Source: Candidatus Micrarchaeota archaeon
GTDB taxonomy: Archaea; Micrarchaeota; Micrarchaeia; Micrarchaeales; CABMGC01
DNA: 40,907 nucleotides
NCBI GenBank assembly: GCA_030040595.1
Contig: JASHTL010000029.1
Span: 1-40,907, forward strand
Reading direction: 5' to 3'
In this document: positions 33,514-40,907 of the stretch, piece by piece
How the letters are laid out: each line of letters starts with the position of its first letter
Numbering within the stretch: the first letter of the stretch is position 1
The notes under the pieces: generated by a model
What the model was told of the DNA's origin: nothing
Databases searched by the model: none
The model's input: only the letters and a program-made list of their open reading frames with translations
Program-made: the position numbers and the translations under genes

Positions 33514-33951
33514 ATGGTTAACATGCATAAAGAGAATGGCAGAACGTGGTTCATAGACCTCGATGGTACGGTCTTTGAGCACAACAAGTACCTTGAGCGT
33601 CCTGGTCAGATCGAGGATCCTTTGCCGCATGCAAAGGGGTTCCTTAGGTCCATACCGAAGAGCGACACCATAATATTCACAACAGGCAGGAGCGAGCTGG
33701 AGCGCAAGACCATTGTAGCAAGTCTGAAGAAGGCGCACCTTCGGTTTGATCAGATAGTGACAGGACTTCCGAATGGTGTAAGGGTACTCATCAATGATGA
33801 GAAGCTCTTCCACAAGGGAAAGACCGCTTTCGCTCTCACCGTATCCAGGAATGGTAGGGAGGGATCGGCGCACGAGAAGCTCTCAAAAGGCCTTTACAAT
33901 AAGATAAACAGGGTTGCCAAGGTGAGGCCGCCGCTTAGAAAGCGATTATGA
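33514..33951 (+). CDS. small HAD-superfamily phosphatase (candidate GmhB analogue)
   Basis: WFIDLDGTVF (DxDGT motif I), IIFTTGRS (motif II Thr), LINDEK (acidic motif IV-like). The assignment of function is contextual only. Confidence 0.5.
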   Translation: MVNMHKENGRTWFIDLDGTVFEHNKYLERPGQIEDPLPHAKGFLRSIPKSDTIIFTTGRSELERKTIVASLKKAHLRFDQIVTGLPNGVRVLINDEKLFHKGKTAFALTVSRNGREGSAHEKLSKGLYNKINRVAKVRPPLRKRL

Positions 33952-35310
33952 TATTATTATAGTCTTTATATTAGCAAATTCAAGCAGGCTGTAGTGAGAG
34001 AATTCCCTGCCGATGCCACTCTTCTTTACACCGCCGAACGGCAGTCTGAAATCCGAGTTTGCTCCCCTGTTTACGCATGCCATGCCTGCCTCCATCCGGC
34101 GCGCGATTCGCTCACCTTTCGATATATCGCCGGTCCAGATGCTTGCGCCAAGGCCGTATTCGGTATCATTGGCAAGTTTTATCGCAGCTTCTTCGCTCTT
34201 GACCTTTATTATTGGAATGACAGGGCCGAAGACCTCCTCCTTCATTACTTTCATGTTCTTCTTTACATTGGTCAGCACTGTAGGCTGGAACACGAAGCCC
34301 TTATCGCCGAGCCTACTGCCTCCGCACTCCACCTTGGCCCCTTTGGAGGTTGCGTCCCTTACCTGCTCCTCAATCTTGAGCAGCTGTTCCTTGTTGGCGA
34401 GGGGGCCTATCTGGGTCTTCGGGTCAAGCGGGTCACCAACAACCAAGTTGCGCGTGTTCTCCACCACCTGCTTGGTGAACTCGTCAGCTACCACTGGCAC
34501 GACTATGAAACGTTTCGACGCGGAGCAGCTCTGCCCTGTTGAGGCAATCCTCGTTTCCACAGCCTTCTTAGCTGCCTTCTCCACGTCGGCATCGGCAAGC
34601 ACTATGAATGCGTTTGAGCCTCCCAGCTCAAGCACTATCTTTTTAACGTTCGAAGCGGCAAGCTTCGCCATAGATTTTCCTGCATCGGTGCCTCCAGTGA
34701 CAGATATAGCGTCAACGTACTTGCTCCGTATCAGCTTCGGCAGCGCGTTGTGAGTGGTTATCAGAGTCCTGAACGTGTTCTCGGGGAACCCTGCTTCCTT
34801 GAATGCGGCTTCGATTGCCGTGGCGCACATTGGCACAGTATTGCTGTGCTTCAGCACGACAACGTTGCCTACGGTCATTGCAGGAGCTGCGCACCGTATC
34901 ACCTGCGTGAACGGGTAGTTCCATGGCATTATAGCAAGCACGACGCCTAGCGGCTCGAAGGCTATGTAGCTCTTCTGGTACTCTGTCCTGACGGCCTCGT
35001 CCTGCAGGCGCACCTTCCCGTTATCGGCAAAGTAATTGCATATTTTTGAGCATGTCTCTATCTCTGATATCGCCTGGCCGTACGTTCTGCCCATTTCTAG
35101 GGCCATCAGCCTTGCGTATTCCTCCTTCCTGGTCTCGAAGACTGCAGCCAGCTTCCTTAGCAGCGCAGCCCTGTTGTCTATTCCTGAATCTCTCCATGCA
35201 GGAAATGCCATTTTTGCAGCCTTGCATACTTCCAATGCTTGCTGTGGCGTGATCGGCTCGAATTCCTTGTTCATTTCCTCAGTCATAGGGTTCTGTGATC
35301 TTATTGTCAT
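33946..35310 (-). CDS. NAD(P)+-dependent aldehyde dehydrogenase (succinate-semialdehyde DH-like)
   Basis: MPWNYPF, LELGGSNAFIV (catalytic Glu), GQSCSASKRFIV (catalytic Cys), EEVFGPV. Start trimmed to MTIRSQNP (ATG 35310). Confidence 0.85.
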   Translation of the reverse strand: MTIRSQNPMTEEMNKEFEPITPQQALEVCKAAKMAFPAWRDSGIDNRAALLRKLAAVFETRKEEYARLMALEMGRTYGQAISEIETCSKICNYFADNGKVRLQDEAVRTEYQKSYIAFEPLGVVLAIMPWNYPFTQVIRCAAPAMTVGNVVVLKHSNTVPMCATAIEAAFKEAGFPENTFRTLITTHNALPKLIRSKYVDAISVTGGTDAGKSMAKLAASNVKKIVLELGGSNAFIVLADADVEKAAKKAVETRIASTGQSCSASKRFIVVPVVADEFTKQVVENTRNLVVGDPLDPKTQIGPLANKEQLLKIEEQVRDATSKGAKVECGGSRLGDKGFVFQPTVLTNVKKNMKVMKEEVFGPVIPIIKVKSEEAAIKLANDTEYGLGASIWTGDISKGERIARRMEAGMACVNRGANSDFRLPFGGVKKSGIGREFSHYSLLEFANIKTIIIS

Positions 35311-35430
35311 GATTTGCACCGTATCTGGTCTTCTAATTATGCTTTCGGTTTCGATATTATAAAAGGTTTCCCTCAATTGCGCATTGTAATAATAATCTTG
35401 CATGAGATATTTGCCTGTCTGGTGCGTATC

Positions 35431-36180
35431 ATGAATCTACTTGAACGTTTTCTTGGAGGAAACAGGACAGTAAGCGTGCATATAGGCAAGGACAGGGTTG
35501 AGGTCTTCGATTGGGGGTATGAACGCGTTGTGAAGTTCAACGGAGTGGTCTACTCCAGACTGAATGCCGAGACATTGTACACGCACGAGTACTGGGACTT
35601 CTTCGCGCCCCTAGGCTTCGTCTGGCCCAGGCCGAAGGTGCTCATGATAGGCCTTGGCGGCGGCACAATAGCATACCAGATGTATAAGCTGAAGGGAAGC
35701 GCCGTTTCCATGGAGGCTATAGAGGTCAACAGGGAGATGGTAGGGATCATGCAGGGCTTCCTGAAGGAGGACGTGCCGCTTAAGGTGACCGTAGGCGATG
35801 GCGCAGAATACGTGAAAAAAGCGCAGGGATATGACATAATCATACTTGACGCATACATAAACGACCTGATACCGGAGCAGTTTATCTCAGAGGAATTCGT
35901 CTCTGACGTAAACAGCGCGCTCTCCGATGACGGCATATTCGCATTGAACTACATAAAGTCCTCAAACGGTTATGAAAAATTCGATAGGTATGTGGAAACG
36001 CTGAAGAACCTGTTCAAGGTGTACAAGGTGAGCGTGGGCTTCCTCACATCCAATACTATACTCGTCTGCTCAAAGAAGTACGATAAGGAGGAGATCTTTT
36101 CAAGGATCAAGTCTTCATTCAGCAGTGACAAGGATGGTGAATACGTGCTGAGCGGCTACGAACGCATGTCTGAACTCTGA
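35431..36180 (+). CDS. spermidine-synthase-like SAM-dependent methyl/aminopropyl-transferase
   Basis: HEYWDFFAPL..., PKVLMIGLGGGTIAYQM (motif I), AIEVNREMV, VTVGDGAEYV, and YDIIILDAY match the PABS-family layout. Start trimmed to ATG 35431. Confidence 0.6.
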   Translation: MNLLERFLGGNRTVSVHIGKDRVEVFDWGYERVVKFNGVVYSRLNAETLYTHEYWDFFAPLGFVWPRPKVLMIGLGGGTIAYQMYKLKGSAVSMEAIEVNREMVGIMQGFLKEDVPLKVTVGDGAEYVKKAQGYDIIILDAYINDLIPEQFISEEFVSDVNSALSDDGIFALNYIKSSNGYEKFDRYVETLKNLFKVYKVSVGFLTSNTILVCSKKYDKEEIFSRIKSSFSSDKDGEYVLSGYERMSEL

Positions 36181-37244
36181 CGCGCCACGTGTGACGTCCT
36201 TCCCTCATTGCTAAGTTGCCAGGATAGTCTCCTCTTGAAAGCCCGGTACTCTTCCATTCCTGCAGATCGCGTATAATTAGTGCGCTTAAGGGCCTCGATG
36301 AATCCCTCGTCGGTGCAGGCTAGCATCTGGCGGATCTTGCGCGCATGGACATTCTTGAACAGGCTGAACGTCTCGCTGAAGACCCCAGACGCTTCGATGG
36401 TCCTATCCATATACTCTTCCTTCAGGTTGCTGAAGTACTCCAACCTTGGCCTTATTCTGCTTAGGGGATATTCGAGTAGATCAGGGTTCCTTTCCATCAT
36501 ATTTACGCTAAGGCCAAAGTTCATCATGTAGTACCTGATCTTGCCTTCCATCGACTCTAGGCCTTCCTTCTTAATTAGGTGGGGGACACATGCAAGTATT
36601 GCTGCACACTTACGTATATCGTAATTGGGACCAGGTATGACCCTAAGGTTGAGTCCTTTCAGTCTTCTTTCATATATAGCCATTACCCTTTTGCGGATCC
36701 CGTTCTCACGCAGACCCGTCTTCCCAGCAATATCATGCACGCTCTCGCCGTTATCGAGACAACGCTCGATGAACGTCCTTGACTCGTTGTCTGTTAGGGT
36801 TTTGTGTGATGGAAGCTCTAGTCCGGACCACGCAATGCTGACTGCTCTTGGCGTGACTTTCAGTTTGGCCGCAGCCTCATAAAGCGTGAGACCTTCTCTA
36901 TTGGCTCTCCTGTAGGTAGTCTCCTGAACGCGACGCTTATCGAATGTGCCATTCGGCTTAAGTTCGAGGGCAGCAATCGCTCTGGAGACCGAAGCCGCAT
37001 TTACGCCGAAGTCTCTGGCCATCTGGCCTCCGGTCATGCCTCGGGCATGAGCAAGTTCTACCTGCTCCCAGGTTACGTCTACGTCTCTGAAGGGTTTCGC
37101 TTTTCTCCTTGCCATATTAATGGCTGCAGTGATGTCCTCCCTCTCATCGGTTCTGACAATCCTGGCAAGGACGTTACCGGGGTCTTCGGCAGGCATTGGT
37201 GGCTTTCTCCTTACTGAGACCATAACTTCAGTCATCTGAATCAC
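36156..37244 (-). CDS. hypothetical DNA-binding protein: three HTH motifs plus C-terminal mTERF-like repeats
   Basis: HTH candidates are MTGGQMARDFGVNAASVSRAI, LTLYEAAAKLKVTPRAVSIAW and ESVHDIAGKTGLRENGIRKRV. The C-terminal segment is ILACVPHLIKKEGLESMEGKIRYYMMNFGLSVNMMERNPDLLEYPLSRIRPRLEYFSNL. Confidence 0.5.
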   Translation of the reverse strand: MIQMTEVMVSVRRKPPMPAEDPGNVLARIVRTDEREDITAAINMARRKAKPFRDVDVTWEQVELAHARGMTGGQMARDFGVNAASVSRAIAALELKPNGTFDKRRVQETTYRRANREGLTLYEAAAKLKVTPRAVSIAWSGLELPSHKTLTDNESRTFIERCLDNGESVHDIAGKTGLRENGIRKRVMAIYERRLKGLNLRVIPGPNYDIRKCAAILACVPHLIKKEGLESMEGKIRYYMMNFGLSVNMMERNPDLLEYPLSRIRPRLEYFSNLKEEYMDRTIEASGVFSETFSLFKNVHARKIRQMLACTDEGFIEALKRTNYTRSAGMEEYRAFKRRLSWQLSNEGRTSHVARQSSDMRS

Positions 37245-37305
37245 AGAATACGCTATTCACATCTAGCTCTCGGCCGCCATTTTAATACATTTGCTACAAT
37301 ATCGG

Positions 37306-37325
37306 ATGCATATTGCGCTATGCAT
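37306..37325. promoter_or_regulatory. inverted repeat ATGCATA-TTGCGC-TATGCAT upstream of the HTH gene
   Basis: 7-bp perfect arms, 62-81 nt upstream of ATG 37244 and 9 nt downstream of the preceding gene's stop. Confidence 0.3.
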
Positions 37326-37333
37326 GAATATGC

Positions 37334-37936
37334 CTAGAAGTGGAACAGTGCTATTGCCACTGCCACAACCATCATCACAGATCCTATCGTCAACTGGATT
37401 GCCCACTCTGGGAGTTTCTCTATGAATGGCTCTATCCCTTTTATGGCGATCAGCGGAAGGACAAGGCCGATGACCATACCTATGATTGCAGAGACGTATG
37501 CGTTGCCTGCTGCGGCGCCTATGGACATGCTTATGCTGCCAGCCTCAACCTCCTCTAGGAGTATGGCCGAGTATACGCCGATCATGCCAACTCCTATTTC
37601 CTCCTTGATCTCTTCCCTCTCTTCCTTCTTGCTGCGCTTCTTGTGTCTCTCCGCCATCTTCTCGTATCCTTCCTGGAAGAAGTGAGCTCCGAGTATGAAG
37701 ATTATGGCTGCTGCAATCAGGAGCGTTATTTCCAAAGGCAGCACGTCGAATATGAAATAGATTATTGCGATCAGCGGTATCAGAGTGGCAAGCCCAGCCA
37801 GAGTTATCATCCATGCCTTGCGCCATTTGTACTTGCTTGCGGCTGCAACGGTGAATAGGGCTATCTCGCTTCCTTCTATGAAACCTATCACTATTGTTGC
37901 AAGTATTACCTGGTAGATTATGATCGTCATGCTCAA
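37334..37936 (-). CDS. membrane protein with internal duplication and two ExxE motifs (possible cation transporter)
   Basis: Two hydrophobic halves, each carrying an acidic motif in a TM (FIEGSEIAL, LLEEVEAG), separated by a Lys/Glu-rich loop. This recalls FTR1 RExxE or UPF0016-type repeats. The start overlaps the MFS stop (ATGA). Confidence 0.5.
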   Translation of the reverse strand: MSMTIIIYQVILATIVIGFIEGSEIALFTVAAASKYKWRKAWMITLAGLATLIPLIAIIYFIFDVLPLEITLLIAAAIIFILGAHFFQEGYEKMAERHKKRSKKEEREEIKEEIGVGMIGVYSAILLEEVEAGSISMSIGAAAGNAYVSAIIGMVIGLVLPLIAIKGIEPFIEKLPEWAIQLTIGSVMMVVAVAIALFHF

Positions 37937-39210
37937 TCATGCCTGAATGTGTCGGTGGTGCTGTGCAGCGGGGACGTTATACGTTTCCTGAATGCCCATA
38001 CGACAGCTGCAGTGATAAGTGTAACCACGGCAGCAATTAATATAGGTACCTGAACGGCAAATACCGCCGCTATATATCCGGCTAATGCGGGCGGTATGAC
38101 CTGTCCAAGCGAGTATACGCTCGCGTTTATGCCGAGTATCTCCCCCTGTATCGACTTTCCGGCTGACCTGCTTACTATGGCAGGAAGGTATGCCTGAACA
38201 AATCCGTTGAATACGGAGAAGACAGGTATCACAAGCAACAGCTCCTGCCATGCGTTTACGAATGCGTATGCAAACAGCATTATCGCGGTGCCCAGCATGC
38301 CTATAAACAGTATCTGGTATTCCTTGTTCTTTGGAAGCCTCCTGAGTATTACAAACTGTGACAGGGCGAAGCAGATTCCTACGTAGGCAAACATGTTGCC
38401 TATATCGCCCTGGGTGAAGCCGAACCTGACTATGTAAAGGACAGCTATGAACGTTGTGAAGAAAGTGAATCCCAGGTTGTCAAGGAATGCCACTGCCAGT
38501 ATCACGCGTATTGATTTGTGCTTATATGCAGCTGCTATGTTGCTCAGGGACTGCAGCGGGTTCAACCTTATGCTAGTGTCTTTTTTCTTCAGGGTCTCTG
38601 CCAAAACGAACAATATCAGCATCATCTCTATGAAGCTAAGTACTGCTGCAAAGAAGAACGGGGTGGACGCATTGAACCAGCTCACTATGGTTGGATCGGA
38701 GAGCTTTCCGCCTAGGAACGGACCAAGTATAAAACCTAGCCCGAACGCTGCGCCAATAAGGCCGAAGTTCTTGGCCCTATCCTGCGGTTTCGTTATGTCT
38801 GACATGACGGCCTGGGCTATTGATATGTTGCCCCCGGTTATGCCGTCTATGGCCCTTGCAAAGAAGAGGAGCGGGAGGTTTGCAAGCAGTATGCCTATTG
38901 CGAATATTATGTATGAGATAAAAGTTCCGAATACCGATATCAGTAGCAGCTTTTTCCTTCCGTATCTGTCCGAGAGCTGGCCTAGGATGGGGGCTGAGAT
39001 GAACTGCATGAGCGGATATACGGCAGTGAGAAGCCCAAGAAGAATGTACCCGGTTCCCACAGACATGCTGGTAGGCAGGAGGTAAAAGGCCGAGCTTGGG
39101 TCAGCAAGAAGCAGGGGTATTATCGGTATAAGTATGCCGAACCCTACAAGGTCGACAAATATTATAAGGAATATGACCGAGAGTGTCCTTCTGTAAACCT
39201 TCTGGTTCAT
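37933..39210 (-). CDS. major facilitator superfamily transporter (DHA1/TetA-like)
   Basis: 12 TM pattern. GQLSDRYGRKKLLL is the MFS motif A between TM2 and TM3. Confidence 0.85.
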   Translation of the reverse strand: MNQKVYRRTLSVIFLIIFVDLVGFGILIPIIPLLLADPSSAFYLLPTSMSVGTGYILLGLLTAVYPLMQFISAPILGQLSDRYGRKKLLLISVFGTFISYIIFAIGILLANLPLLFFARAIDGITGGNISIAQAVMSDITKPQDRAKNFGLIGAAFGLGFILGPFLGGKLSDPTIVSWFNASTPFFFAAVLSFIEMMLILFVLAETLKKKDTSIRLNPLQSLSNIAAAYKHKSIRVILAVAFLDNLGFTFFTTFIAVLYIVRFGFTQGDIGNMFAYVGICFALSQFVILRRLPKNKEYQILFIGMLGTAIMLFAYAFVNAWQELLLVIPVFSVFNGFVQAYLPAIVSRSAGKSIQGEILGINASVYSLGQVIPPALAGYIAAVFAVQVPILIAAVVTLITAAVVWAFRKRITSPLHSTTDTFRHD

Positions 39211-39356
39211 GTAGTAATATCTCTAGCAACGTTAATTAACGCTATTTAAGCGCATTTGCCACGGAGCCGCAACGGCATACGCCAGTTCGAAAGTTAATAA
39301 CCGGCTTATTGGTCAAAAGCATTATAACTTGTCATGACGAACTATTGCCGGAGACG

Positions 39357-40220
39357 ATGTATTCCTTGCTAGGTGTCAGTCTTTTATTTGCAGTATTATC
39401 AATGCTGGGATATGGAGTAGTAGACGTAATAGCATTCTTGCTGGCCAGGCAGGCAGATCCGAGGAAAGTGCCATTATGGACTACCACGTTGAGCATATTA
39501 TTCCTAAGTATAGGGGTGCTATTTGTTTCCCCTCCGCACATAACGATCTACGACCTTTTGCTTTTAGCGTTCGGGTCGGCAATTGGTGTTGTTGGCATAC
39601 TGTCTTTTTACAAGGGACTGAACAAGGGCAGCATTGCGGTAGTCGTGCCGATAGCAAACCTTTGGCCATTAATAGCAGTAATAGCCGGTCTTACGTTATT
39701 GGGCGAGTCCGTCTCTGCTTTACAGTTATACGGGGTACTGATTGCAATAATTGGAACCATCTTCGTCTCATTCAGGTTTAAGGACGTATTGAGGCTAAAT
39801 TTCAGCAGAATTTCACTTGGTGCGAGATATGCACTTGTAACAATGTGTAGCTGGGGAGTGTTCTACACCGTATTGGGTTTTGTATCTAAAACCCTAGGAT
39901 ATTTCTGGCCAACGCTCATAGCGCAGGTATTAGTAGGTATAGGCGTGCTCTCCTATCTGCTAGTCACGCGGGTGGACATATCCTTCCCGAAGAATGTGAG
40001 CGGAAAACTATTTCTGTTCGGTGCGGTGCTTAGTATTGCGGTGTTATGCTACACCATTAGTACGAACTCCGGATATGTAACATTGACAGCTCCAATAACA
40101 GGGTCTTCGCCTTTGATAACAGTGCTGCTGGGAGTGCTGCTGCTCAAGAATAAGATAGAGAGAAACCAGGCTGTAGGCGTGCTGCTTATAATAGTAGGCA
40201 TAGCCCTGATATCTTTATGA
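39357..40220 (+). CDS. EamA/DMT-superfamily transporter
   Basis: Ten hydrophobic segments in two repeated halves, each ending in a ...GESVS.LQ.../...ERNQAVGVLLIIVGIALIS type EamA tail. ATG 39357 is preferred over TTG 39309. Confidence 0.7.
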   Translation: MYSLLGVSLLFAVLSMLGYGVVDVIAFLLARQADPRKVPLWTTTLSILFLSIGVLFVSPPHITIYDLLLLAFGSAIGVVGILSFYKGLNKGSIAVVVPIANLWPLIAVIAGLTLLGESVSALQLYGVLIAIIGTIFVSFRFKDVLRLNFSRISLGARYALVTMCSWGVFYTVLGFVSKTLGYFWPTLIAQVLVGIGVLSYLLVTRVDISFPKNVSGKLFLFGAVLSIAVLCYTISTNSGYVTLTAPITGSSPLITVLLGVLLLKNKIERNQAVGVLLIIVGIALISL

Positions 40221-40291
40221 CTGTTTTTGGATGCTTGTGCAATTAGTGCGAAATCGGAGCGTTTATATTTACAATTCTCTAAGCTTCAACT

Positions 40292-40618
40292 ATGCCGGGC
40301 GATGTCACTGATAATAAAATAGTGCCTGATCAGCAGACTAATGCAACCCAAGGTGATGCGGCTGTCAATTCGGATCAGGGCAAGATGAGCCTGTGGGATT
40401 CCATATGGGCAGATAGGGGTAGTGAGCCGCCAATATACTTTTACATTTTTAGTCTGCTTATGGGATTAATTTCTCCGTTTTTGGTTTTAATATTATACGA
40501 AATGTTGGTACACAGAAAAATGCAGAAAAAAGATTACAACAAAGTCTTGATTATAGCCTTTGCCCTGCCTGCAATCTTTGCCGTATTACTGGTCTTGTTC
40601 TTGTATTTTGTTCTGTAG
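40292..40618 (+). CDS. hypothetical small membrane protein (two TM)
   Basis: Polar N-terminus followed by two hydrophobic helices. No motif recognised. Confidence 0.4.
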   Translation: MPGDVTDNKIVPDQQTNATQGDAAVNSDQGKMSLWDSIWADRGSEPPIYFYIFSLLMGLISPFLVLILYEMLVHRKMQKKDYNKVLIIAFALPAIFAVLLVLFLYFVL

Positions 40619-40733
40619 TTCCTTTTAGGAGTATGTTTGTATCTTTTTATAAAAGACTATTTGATTCTACAGTCTCATCAGTTACAATAGTTGTAGGATC
40701 TCTTTATGATGTAATAATTTGCCTTTATTCGGG

Positions 40734-40907
40734 TTATTGTAGCTGTGGTAGCTTGACCCCATAAACTTCACACTCCCTCTTTAGATCCTCGTCGAAAGTC
40801 AACAGCGGCAGATCTCTTTTCTTTGCGAATGACAGTATGAGTTTATCATTGAATCGTCTGAATGTTGTGTGCTTTTCATTCATTATTATATCCTTCGCTT
40901 GCATTAT
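40734..40907 (-). CDS. PIN-domain protein, C-terminal fragment (truncated by window end)
   Basis: My own translation of the minus strand gives ...IMQAKDIIMNEKHTTFRRFNDKLILSFAKKRDLPLLTFDEDLKRECEVYGVKLPQLQ*. The segment D..ILSFA...LPLLT.D.D resembles the last conserved Asp region of VapC/PIN proteins. The frame is open to the window edge. Confidence 0.45.
   Translation of the reverse strand: MMQAKDIIMNEKHTTFRRFNDKLILSFAKKRDLPLLTFDEDLKRECEVYGVKLPQLQ

Noticed and set aside
33946-36180. Convergent gene-end overlaps (33946-33951 HAD/ALDH; 36156-36180 methyltransferase-like/HTH gene)
   Set aside because: Short 3' overlaps of convergent genes are common in compact archaeal genomes and need no special explanation. 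The 25-nt one is mentioned under the HTH finding.
1-40907. CRISPR arrays, rRNA genes, transposases/integrases or IS elements (especially next to the tRNA gene)
   Set aside because: No regularly spaced direct repeats, no rRNA-like conserved stretches and no recombinase or DDE motifs were found in any of the track ORFs. The tRNA is flanked by core genes, not by an integrase.

Overview
Archaeal chromosomal segment. The evidence is an RNA polymerase subunit N gene, an archaeal-type ribosomal protein S2, an MCM helicase, a class III (type IV pilin-like) signal peptide, a presenilin-like GxGD protease, Shine-Dalgarno GGTGA motifs, and a tRNA intron flanked by a bulge-helix-bulge motif. The lineage cannot be fixed by eye; Thermoplasmata- or DPANN-like is only a guess. 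All product calls come from motif recognition in the supplied translations, and no database search was possible.

Layout:
- 1-2.5 kb: remnant of the conserved rpoN / tRNA-Pro / rps2 neighbourhood, with two unrecognisable ORFs and a pilin-like gene.
- 2.5-8.1 kb: presenilin-like protease, vapBC, mcm, metG.
- 8.1-13.5 kb: hypothetical and envelope genes, a DUF359 dephospho-CoA kinase, and a divergent IMPase-like gene.
- 13.6-34 kb: a large glycan-biosynthesis island.
- 34-40.9 kb: aldehyde dehydrogenase, a spermidine-synthase-like methyltransferase, a triple-HTH protein with mTERF-like repeats, transporters, and a truncated PIN gene at the window edge.

The island holds 2 GT2 and 3 GT4 glycosyltransferases, a Wzx-like flippase, a SAM methyltransferase, a radical SAM/SPASM enzyme and two SDR epimerase/dehydratases. 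It also has an operon running ugd-SDR-Gfo/Idh/MocA-epimerase-nucleotidyltransferase and a divergent operon running transaldolase-HddA-HddA paralog-GmhA. An RHH-RelE pair, a HIT-like gene and a roughly 450 bp decayed gap interrupt its left part.

Most interesting observations:
- A tRNA-Pro gene with a 21-nt intron in the T-loop (59/60), a textbook BHB motif, and a nominal A34 anticodon (AGG).
- An apparently self-contained sedoheptulose-7-P -> GDP-glycero-manno-heptose module inside an archaeal glycan island, with a tandem, partly degenerate second kinase.
- A G8 homopolymer exactly at the junction of two overlapping methyltransferase reading frames.
- A SPASM-type radical SAM gene in the sugar locus, with a nearby SD-preceded Cys/His-rich mini-ORF.
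- An HTH x3 protein whose C-terminus looks like mTERF repeats.

No CRISPR array, rRNA, transposase or integrase was seen.
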